In this document: piece by piece, positions 47,567 through 58,132 of the stretch
Layout: each line of letters starts with the position of its first letter
How positions within the stretch are numbered: position 1 is the first letter of the stretch
DNA from: Macrostomum lignano
Lineage: Eukaryota
Length of the DNA: 64,000 bases
Direction of reading: 5' to 3'
Assembly (NCBI GenBank): GCA_002269645.1
Contig: NIVC01001872.1
Location: 4,823 to 68,822 of the forward strand
Program-made: the position numbers and the translations under genes
The notes under the pieces: generated by a model
What the model saw: only the letters and a program-made list of their open reading frames with translations
Databases searched by the model: none
What the model was told of the DNA's origin: nothing

Positions 47567-48020
47567 GAAAGAGAGAGAGAGAAAGAGAGAGAGAGAGAGG
47601 GGGAGAGAGAGAGGGCACCGGCACCATGATTGGCAAGTTGTTTATTTAGTATTGGTCTAACGCAATTTTATATACAGGGACTCAAGCACTTTTAGTCTGT
47701 ACTCACTTGAGCTCTTATGAATGGTAAAAAATTATTTGCGAAAAATTTACTAAGCTAGACCTTGCAATCTACTGTATATTTAATTTACATTTCTGATTTT
47801 TATCGACCCCGTTTCACGTCTAAATTTATATATATACGGTTAATAAATACAGAAATAAATCGTTGCTAATTTTAAGACCCTGACGATGCCTGACGCGAAC
47901 CGAAACATGTCGCATATCAAAAAACGATAGCGCTCACATTCTTAATTTTACTATTTATCAAACGCGCAATTTTCCGCAATGAAACTTGAGTTCCATTTTC
48001 GTTATTTGTCCTATTAGCAA

Positions 48021-49709
48021 TTGGACATAACGATTCTCGCCCAGCTCGTCATCCGAGGTGACTTCGGACAGGTGCCGCAGCTGGCAACGCGCCAGCTGGT
48101 TACTTGCGCTAATGCAGCTCGTCGGAACGTCCTCATGCGGGTGTTCGGCGCTCCTGAGACTCCCGTGCACACTGAAAAGTGCATCTTGTACTTATTTGAG
48201 CTGGGCGCGAACCCCAAGGCGGCTGACGCGAACGGCGACACGGCTGCGCACCTGGCAGCCCGGCGGGACCACCTGCGGCTGCTGACGCTGCTGTCGTTCG
48301 ATGCGAAGTGGCTGCGGAACAAAAACGGCGCCACTCCGCTGATGGAGGCGGCGCGGACTGGAAGCTGGAAATGCGCTAAGCACCTGCTGCACCTGCTCAG
48401 GCAGATAAGGTTCAATGAGTGCTCTGAGCACGGAAACTCGAAGAGGTCGGAGCTGCTCGGACTGAAGAATCGCGAGAATCGGACAGCGTCGGACCTGGCG
48501 AGGCTCAGCGGCCACTCAGAGCTGACCAGCTACATCGAGCGGTGAGTGAGCAGTTCGCTGCTGTGTCCATCAAGTTTTGCAGCATTCGGCTGGGGTGGCC
48601 AGAGCTGCAGTCTCAGGCCAGCCAATCAGAGCCAGTCAGCTGAGCTTGTCTCTGTCTGACTGCTTGATGGGCGAGAGCTGTGATTGGCTGGCTGCCTCAC
48701 AGCCAATGGGGTGCCGGTCGATCTCAGTCGAGAATGGAAGCTGTAGGGCCTCGGTGTGCAGTGAGAGTGTGTGGGTTGAGCTGCAGATGGAGAACTGGGA
48801 GGCTGTGCGTGAGTGCTTTGTGAGACATTGTGAGATGGAAGGAAACTCATGCTGCAGAAATGGAAAATGAGCTGCGTGTGAGAAGTCGGATGCGCTCTCG
48901 CCAATGCTGATTGTTGCAGTGCTGCTGCAGTCCTCCTGGAAACTCCATCTGCGAGCAGCTCAGATAATTAGGAATTTCTGATTATTTAGTCTATTATTAA
49001 AATTTTATTGTAAAACAAAAACATATATTTTGGCGATCGCATTTGAGTCGGATTTGAGAAAATTGCAAAATTCGCTGCTCATTTTTCCTGTTGCAGGGAG
49101 ATGCGGCTGGTTGTGGATGCACATGGCTGGATCTCCGGTCTTACAGCCCAGGTGAGCGGAATCTGCAGTGCCGATGCGGCTGCAGCTGAGCAGCTGTGCT
49201 CAAATTTCCCGCTCGCCTTTGCAGGAGGAGGCGGATCGACAGAAACTGCAGCGGCTGGCCGAGGCGGGCGACTCGGCAGGGCTGCGGCGAGCGGCGACCC
49301 GCGACAGCTGCGACCTGCCTGACAAATGGGGTCGCACCTCGCTGATGTGGGCAGCTCACAACAGATCGTGTTGTGATGAGGCTCTGTGGAAGCAGCTGGT
49401 GCATCTGGGTGACCCCACCTGTGCAGATAAATATGCTGGCAGTTGTCTGCACCATGCAGCACGGGCTGGCAATTCTGCCGCAGCCTCCGCTCTGCTGAGT
49501 GCCGGAGCCTCCGCCAATGCCACGGGGCTAGGAGACACGTCCCTCATGGAGGCAGCCGAATTTACGCCCCCCACCGCCACCGCCGCCGCAATCGTTCGGC
49601 TTCTGCTGGACGCAGGGGCGGATTGGAGCATTAAGAACAACGACGGCAAGACTCCGCTGGATTTGGCCGTGGAGAACGGAAATATCGAAGCCGCTGAGCT
49701 GCTGCGTAG
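48021..49709 (+). pseudogene. Third ankyrin module: exon A body (about 48021-48541), 49097-49151, 49225-49709
   Basis: Same exon structure and phases as copies 1 and 2. The 5' end is separated by a 5-kb insertion and contains a stop; the 3' side is interrupted by a gypsy fragment. Confidence 0.8.
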
Positions 49710-49989
49710 GTGAGTTTCCATGGCTGTTGTATATTCAATGAGACACAAATATGGTTGATGGATCTGATTCCCTTTTCTAGCCGGCCTCTTCGCTCTTATA
49801 TATTATTTATATCTTCTACACCATTTTACCTTCTATTTTGAACAAACTCTTGTTTAAAAAAACAAGCATATTAGGGCTTGCGGAAATTAAATTCAAAGTC
49901 CCTTTCTATTGAAACAGAAAAAATTCAATTCAGACTGTCTGTGGCCAAAATTGTCTCAGAGTGACGCGCACGCGCAAACTTGAAATTCA

Positions 49990-50460
49990 ATTACAACAAG
50001 CTGTCTTGTTGTAATGTTGGACAATTTTATCCCTCATACTAGTTGCTTTGGCTTCAATTTGATCAGCTGTTTTCTGCAATTCCTTTGCAAAAAATCGTCT
50101 ATGAGCTGGCAAAACTCGGACTGGGTGGCCAAACAGGATTTGCGCCGGCGACTTGCCATCATGGCGAGCCACCTTGGCGTGTAGCAAAATATCAATATTC
50201 CTTGGCAAAACTTGTCCCAGTCGATCTTCTCTGACTGCGGATTCCATGAACCTCGCAGAAGCTTTTTCATTTCCTTCACTGCCGACTTGTTGGCTCTGCT
50301 ATTGCTCTGTAAGTCGGAGACGATACTCTGTGCTCCACTTTCCATCTTCACAAGAAAGCAGTGAACAAATCCTAGCTAAATTGAGGTCCTCCGTAGGACC
50401 AAAGAATCTCTTGTGCTGATTTTTCACAAAATCGCTGTCTTAGCGCATTAATGACCTTTG
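49990..50460 (-). mobile_element. Ty3/gypsy integrase C-terminal fragment
   Basis: AVKEMKKLLRGSW...DKFCQGILIFCYTPR and DGKSPAQILFGHPVR.LPAHRRFFAKELQ. Confidence 0.75.
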
Positions 50461-50514
50461 ATGTCCGAGCGTTCGTTGTACGAGTATCCGAATGCATTCA
50501 CTGCACAGTGCAGC

Positions 50515-51290
50515 CAATGCTAGCAACTCTGCCGGAGCCTCCGCTGTGTCGGCTGCCGGAGCCTCCGCTGTGCCGGCTGCCGCAGCCTCCGCTGTGCCGG
50601 CTGCCGCAGCCTCCGCCAATACCAAGAGTCAAAAGGATTGGACGCCCCTCATGTGGGCAGCCTTTGCGCCCCCCGCCACCGCCGCCGCAGTCGGTCGGGT
50701 TCTGCTGGACTCAGAAGCGGATTGGAGCCTGAAGGACAGACAGGGCAGGACTGCGCTGGATTTGGCCACAGAGAAGAGAAGGAGCGAACTGGCTGAGCTG
50801 CTGCGTGGGTGAGTTTCCATGGCGACTGAGAATGTCTCTCTGACTTTGATTTATCATTGATAAACATTATTCTGTAATTTATGATTGAATATTGAACAGC
50901 TGACTGCAGTTGCTCTGAGTGGGCATTTTTACATTTTTGTAGTTTAAATGGGCAGCAGACACTGACTGAGCTGCATTGAGGGAGTTTGCAGTGCAGTTTG
51001 ACTGCAGATTGCCAGTTGAATATTAATGTTCAGCTGCCTGCGAGCTGTGAGACACCAGAAAGCATTTTGCTGTGCACATTGCAGTTGAGTTTTAACGTAT
51101 GCAATTTTCTGATAATTGTCTGTAAGATAAAAGAAAATAATTACGATTTTTTCATAGTTGATATAATAAGCAAAAAGAAGAAATTAAGCACAGAACATCG
51201 TCTCTCACCTGAGTTCCCCTGACTTCAGACTCCGCATTGTCTATTAAGGTACGACGGCAAGATTTACTTCGACGAGCCTCTGGCACCGCC
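50515..51290 (+). pseudogene. Fourth ankyrin module remnant (3' half of block B, about 50515-50808) and linker exon 51249-51290
   Basis: WTPLMWAAFAPP...ADWSLKDRQGRTALDLATEKRR. The intron is near-identical to 30559-30898. Linker YDGKIYFDEPLAP. No kinase follows the array. Confidence 0.8.
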
Positions 51291-51304
51291 GTGAGTTCCT
51301 TCAG

Positions 51305-52250
51305 CAAACAGCTACAGCACACACAGCTACAGCTCACAGCTACAGCACACAGCTACAGCACACACAGCTACAGCACACAGCTACAGCACACAGCTACAGC
51401 ACACACAGCTACAGCACACAGCTACAGCACACAGCTACAGCACACACAGCTACAGCACACAGCTACAGCACACACAGCTACATCACACAGCTACAGAACA
51501 CACAGCTACAGCACACACAGCTACAGCACACACAGCTACAGCACACAGCTACAGCACACACAGCTACAGCACACAGCTACAGAACACACAGCTACAGCAC
51601 ACACAGCTACAGCACACACAGCTACAGCACACACAGCTACAGCACACAGCTACAGCACACACAGCTACAGCACACACAGCCACAGCACATACAGCTAGAG
51701 CACACAGCTACAGCACACACAGCTACAGCACACAGCAAAAGCACACAGCCACAGCACATACAGCTAGAGCACACAGCTACAGCACACGGCTACAGCACAC
51801 ACAGCTACAGCACACAGCTACAGCACACACAGGTACAGCACACACAGCTACAGCACACACAGCTACAGCACACACAGCTACAGCACACACAGCTACAGCA
51901 CACAGCTACAGCACACAGCTACAGCACACACAGCTACAGCATACACAGCTACAGCACACACAGCTACAGCACACAGCTACAGCACACAGCTACAGCACAC
52001 ACAGCTACAGCACACAGCTACAGCACACACAGCTACAGCACACAGCTACAGCACACAGCTACAGCACACACAGCTACAGCACACAGCTACAGCACACACA
52101 GCTACAGCACACAGCTACAGCACACACAGCTACAGCACACAGCTACAGCACACACAGCTACAGCACACAGCTACAGCACACACAGCTACAGCACACAGCT
52201 ACAGCACACACAGCTACAGCACACAGCTACAGCACACACAGCTACAGCAC
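51305..52250. repeat. (CACAGCTACAG)n array, third copy
   Basis: Same units, following the linker exon donor. Confidence 0.95.
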
Positions 52251-52439
52251 TACTATATGAACCCGTATCCGTTGATTTTGGAGGTGGGGTGGGTGTCAAC
52301 CCTCCTCGCCTCTCATTGGCTGGCGCCCCGATCACTAGGTGATCGGTACCCGTATCGATATCGGCGCTCGGCGCGCGCGCGCCGCAGGCGCGTGGCGCCA
52401 AGCGCCGCAGGCGCACCCTCCCGATATTAGATCCCAATA

Positions 52440-52503
52440 AATCAATCAGATCCCAAATCAATCAGATCCCAAATCAATCAGATCCCAAATCAATCAGATC
52501 CCA
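52440..52503. repeat. 17-bp repeat (AATCAATCAGATCCCAA) x4 inside a GC-rich palindromic patch
   Basis: Direct reading. Confidence 0.85.
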
Positions 52504-55500
52504 AGCGCACCCTCCCGAGCCGCAGGCGCCCATGCAGCAGGCGCCCCTCCCCGTCTCAGGCGCCCCTCCCGATATGTATGCGCACTCTCCCTATATGTAC
52601 ACCGATATGTATGCAGCAGGCGCCCCGAGTGTACACTCCCCCGATATGTGTGTACACCGATATGTAGTCATCGATACGGGCCTCTTCCCCTCTCTCACCT
52701 ACATCTCAACTAGCGAAATCGAACCCAGGTCGCGCCCATACTAGGACACTACACGGTTGTGGGGTATAGGGAGCGAGAAGTTTCAACCCTAACGCTGACG
52801 CAGCCCTGTACAGTGAGAGTGTACGGGCAGAGAGGGGTGGCGCGGACAGAGAACCAGCCACTAGGTTGTTATACTGTTGAAGCATAGGGAGCGAGAAGTT
52901 TTAACCCCGATGCTGACGCAGCCCTGTACACTGAGCGTGTACGGGCAGAGGGTGGGTGGAAAGAGATGTGAATAACACAGCCTGCTGCAGGAGCCGGATA
53001 GAGAGGCGCATGCTAGGACAGAGAGGTAGTGTGAGTCACACACACCCCACAGAGAAAGCCATACAGAGGATAGAGAGCTCCCTCCCCAGTTGCAGGGGAC
53101 AGAGAGGCAGGCAGGGTATGCAGGGGCATGCGAACCGTCAAGGGGCCACGCGAGGATAGAGTGGAGGAGCAGAGATGTGTTTGGACAGAGAGCCAGCCAC
53201 GTGTGCGTAGTGTGAGGGAACAGAAACATATGGAGCAGGAGGGAGATAGGAAGCAAACGCGCAGGGTAAGGGAGCCACACAGGGCGGTACAGTGAGACAC
53301 GGGCAGGGGTGGAGCCGTGCGTGGACAGAGCTGAACGGCACGGTCAGCTGCAGGAATAGGATGATAGAGAGGCGCGGAGGGGGACAGAGAGCAGTGTGCA
53401 GGGGTAGGCAGCCACGCAGGCTGGGGAACAGAGAGGCGCGTGTCAGCCAGTTGCAGCCCGGGACAGAGAAGTATGAAGGGGGGCCTGGGACAGAGTTCCG
53501 AGCAAGGCACAGAGGTAGGGTCCTGTAGCTATGTATAGGCAGGGAGCCACGCGAGGGCAGGACAGGGGAGCAGACATGCAAGTTGCATGCAAGGCCAGAG
53601 AGGTGTGCGCGGAGGGAGACAGAGAGCAGTGTGTAGGGGTAGGTAACAGCAAACTTTAGTAGCGGCGCGTGCGGGGACGGAGAAACCAGTCAGAGCATAC
53701 AGAGACGTTACAGAGAGGTACACAAGCAGAGACCAAAGCGAGCAGAGCACATGTGTAGGGACAGAGACGTGAGGGAGAATCGACCAAAACACGCTATGTA
53801 TTTTCAAAAGTTGGTTTTAGTGCAACATGTTTAATAGTGGGTAGTATAATAGTATGTACATAGTAGGTATAATAGTAGTAATAATAGTAAGCATATTAGC
53901 CCAAAAGGTAGACTAAAACAGGCTAAACTGTGTGTACGCATCCTCATCACCCCACAAGCCCCCTCTCCGCCAGACTCACTCTACCAAACCCTCCTGTATT
54001 GCTGCATGAAGGAAAATATAGTGTAAAAATACAGATCTTAACCGTCAGACCGCTGAAATCAGGGCACACTAGAGGGGGTTTCGGGGTCTGCATGCTCTAT
54101 GTAAGCTGCTTGAGGAGGTTCCAAGGGCGTTGTGAGGGTTTCCATTATGTTTTGAAAAAAAACTAGAGGCTTAAATACAACGTTTTATTCAAAAGTAGGT
54201 TATTTTAATGAAATAGCTGACACAATCATTGTCGAGAGTAGAAATTTTTATAAGAAACCAGGCATTTTAGCAAAAATAAACCTTCAAACCACATAAAATT
54301 GAATAAAAAGCAGACATTTTCAATTATAAACCGCAAGTATTTTAATAGAAAAGTAAGCAAACAAGGCACAAAACCAGCAAATTTTACCTTTTTATTTTAA
54401 TGTTACTGATAAGGTAGAGAGTAGAAACTTGTGAGCTGTACGGAGTTAGAAAGTATTAACCATTATGTATCGTATGAATTATTAGTTCAGTACCAGCCAT
54501 TGGTCAAGCGAGCATTTATGAAGTTATTACGAGTGATGAAGGGATAGAGAGCTATATACAGGAAGACAGTATCCTTCTAAACCACCACGAACAGATTGCT
54601 AATAGAGATAAGCTTTGTCTGTGTGCAGTATGAGTAAGCGAAGGCGGGGCAAATACTTTTCCACATGCCGGACAGAACAGTATTGTGCTAGGATTTCTCT
54701 CGAAATCGCGGTACGTTACTAGTTTTTATCACACCATCCAGATGCGTCAACTAGTCAGCAGTAGTCATTTATATGTTATTAGAACTTACAAACCCAGGTC
54801 AAGTAAATATTACAAAGAGTATATTACGTACACACGCCAACTCCGAATACCAAGCCATACTAGTCTACTTGCAGTGCTCCTGGAGGGAAGGGACGGCGGG
54901 GTGTACATCCGGCAGGGTGGGCGTCCAGCGAGTGTACATCTGACAGGATGGGTGTTCAGCAAGTGTACATCTGACAGGGTGGGCGTTCAGCAAGTGTACC
55001 TTCAGCGTCGAGTAGGTGTACACCCGTCAGTGGGAACTCAGCCCCTCCCACCAATGTCGTGTGCATGCGGTTAGTCAGTATAGTGGTGGGGTAGACGGTG
55101 CAGGAAGGAAACCCAGATGCTGACGCTGCCCTGTACAGCGAGCAACCAGCCCTCCTGTAGCAGGAGGGGGACAGAGAGTGCGTGGAGGCAGTAGGAGATA
55201 GAGGACGCTACCCGGCATGTCGCAGCACGCGGCGCGGGACAGAGAGGCAGTGTGTAAGTCACCCCCACAGGGAGAGCTGCCCTGGCAGGAGGCGCGGGAC
55301 AGAGAGGCGGTGAATCACACCACACGGAGAGAGCCGTACAGCGAGCTTCCCACCCGAGTCCGGTAAATATTACAGAGTATTACGTGCACACGCCAGCCCT
55401 GAATACCAAGCCATACTAGTCTACCTGCAGTGCTCCCAGAGGGAAGGGATGGTCAGGAGTTACACACCAAGAATGCATTCATACAAAGAGTACACAACTC

Positions 55501-56743
55501 GAGCCCAGACACCAAGTCACAGTCTACTTACAGTAGAGATGGTAGATTAATAGCAAGATTATATTACAATTAGACCTCCCTAGCACATGAGGAGTGAAAT
55601 TCAATAATAATTGAATTCAATAATAATACAACATTTAGACGTAGTAATTTAATTACAAAATACCACTAACACTGAGCCAACGAATTGTAGGTTACAAAGG
55701 AGTTGCCACTCATATGGAAAGCCAGTATAATGCAGGTGTATATTATTAAAACATAGACAAAAACGATGCAGACGTATATACACACTATTGATTTTGTACA
55801 TGTACATTTCGGCATATTACCACACATCGCAGGCACATATTATATATCGGGGGATAGGTTAAAATACACACATCGTAGATGTAGAAGCAGACACAATGCA
55901 GGAAAATTATGATACGAGTGTACATATTAGTGCGTAAAAGTATCATATTATGACACCCTGTAGCACATATTGACATAATGCAGGGGAAAATATTGACAGA
56001 AATAGTACACAATTGTAGAGGTAACAACCCGCCAACTAGTAAGGACATCCAGCACTTGTTCAGGTTTTTATTATTTCGAGACGAGTGTCATGCCCCCGCA
56101 AGAGATCTTATCAGAAATTTGTTGAACTCCACTGCAACTCTCCCCAGAGCCTCCAAATGTGAGTTTTTAACCCAGGGTCGAGTACAAAGGACCCGCCCAC
56201 TCTTAACCCCAAGGGGTGATCGTAGCGGAGACCAAGTACAGTGCGGACGGAGAGGGGTAACAGAAAGCGCTGCATCAGACCGCAGGGCTGCATTCCTCCC
56301 CCGAGGTAGGCGCGTCAGCTCCCACTCCTCATTTAACCATCAAGTAAACTAAAGAAGTCAAGCAGAAAGCCTTACAATCACCCGCAACCAGCACAAGTAA
56401 GAGTACTTTCCACTAGAGAGCCATAGTGCAAGATTCGCGAGCCAAGTTGAAGAAGCACACCAAATTACACTAAAGACATATGTATTAAAAAGCATACCGG
56501 CACCTCTACAAAAACACAGTATGTACCGATTAAAGTTGCTTTTGGTGCAGTGTATTTAATAAAAAGCAGGTACCTAACACAAAAGTAGGCATCAATGCAG
56601 TGCACGGACTAAACTGTATTTACAAACGCAGGGCAACGAACTACACACAATGTAGCGCATAGACATAATTGTACGCATAAATGTACGCAATTTCCGGTAT
56701 ATAGGACCACATGTACGCAAATGTACACAATGTACACAAACAA

Positions 56744-56744
<1 letters not shown>

Positions 56745-56813
<69 letters not shown>

Positions 56814-56906
56814 CCAGGCGTATCCTGCAGAGCGCATCCTGCAGCGCCGATCGCCGCAGGCGATGGCGCCATCGGCAGGAAGCTCTTGCTGTGAATACGC
56901 CTGAGG

Positions 56907-56945
<39 letters not shown>
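56745..56945. repeat. Inverted repeat (CA)n-GCACCCAGGCGTAT ... ATACGCCTGAGGGTGC-(TG)n
   Basis: Direct reading; about 70-bp GC-rich centre. Confidence 0.85.
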
Positions 56946-56946
<1 letters not shown>

Positions 56947-58132
56947 GCACGGGGCATTTGTTGGGCCATACGCGTACAACGGGACCCGCACTGTTGGGCC
57001 AAAAAAAATGTTGGGACTGACCCATCAAGTCCGTCCAACACTTCCAAAAAACTTACAATAGCAGCTCAAAAAAATACTCTATGGATTCAGCTCGACAGCC
57101 TCTTTTTGATGGTGCAACTCATTTTTAATAATTTTACTTTCTGAGTCCATAATTAAGCAAAAACTGGCGTCCCAATAAGGAAAAATGATACAAAATTCGA
57201 CTAAATCACTATTGGGACACTGAAATGGCTAATCTGCTCCCGCATATTTTTATTGGTTTTTTCTCATATTTTTACTAATAGTAGATTTCAAGCGCATTCA
57301 TTTGCTGCAGTCTTTGTTACAAGACGTAAATACATAGCATACATTAAAATACATACAAAGCAAAGCATAGCAAAACACTTTTAAGGGTATTTTATTGTCA
57401 AAGGATGGTTCTGGATGGAGATAAACCTAAAGAAATGACAAGGGCTTACATGTACTTCTGACTGTGATGGGCATCAGTACTCTACACGAACTAAATTGTT
57501 AGGACAGTGTTGCAGTGTTGAATACAACAGCCCACTCTTGTTAGGACTCATGCTATTGACTGCTGCGCGCATTCGATATTCTATAAATTGTTGGGACTGT
57601 GTGCTAGAGTGTCGTTTACAAAAGCCCACTCATATTAGGACTTACCCCGTACATGTTAGGACTAAGCCCTACCCCCCTGTGTACATGGCTCCAATTTACC
57701 AGAGTCCCCTTGCTAGTTAAGTGTACTTTTATTTTGGTCTATTATTGACGCCACCCCGCAAACGTACGGTAAAACTAAATTGGCATGTACTCGCTATGCT
57801 GAAATCAATGGTCAACTCTGCCTCTGCCATGGCACCCGAGTCACCATGGTATGGAAAGAACAGCATGGAATGGCACAGCGAGAAACATGTAAGTGGTATT
57901 AAAAAACTTTGTCGGAAACAAGAAGCATTTATATTTAAATGCTATAAAAAATACTGCTCCTGCTAAGCAGTACCTACTTTACTTCAGGTATATCACCTTT
58001 GATCAACTGCCATGTGGCGCAATTGCCAAAGGATCCGTCGACTTTAACCAGTAAGCTGTAAAAGCTTTGAGTAAAACTTGACATTTCGTCTGAATCCATT
58101 GACATCAATAGCCTACGTGTCCAACCACAAAA

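Noticed and set aside
55780-56352. Parvovirus/HUH Rep relic (VHVHF motif; 124-aa ORF)
   Set aside because: The motif is too short, frames are interrupted, and no Walker A or SF3 helicase motifs were found.
57770-58075. Helitron Pif1-like fragment (GQLCLCHGTRV) with an apparent GT-AG intron
   Set aside because: Only loose resemblance to the LCNGTRL motif; downstream helicase motifs are absent.
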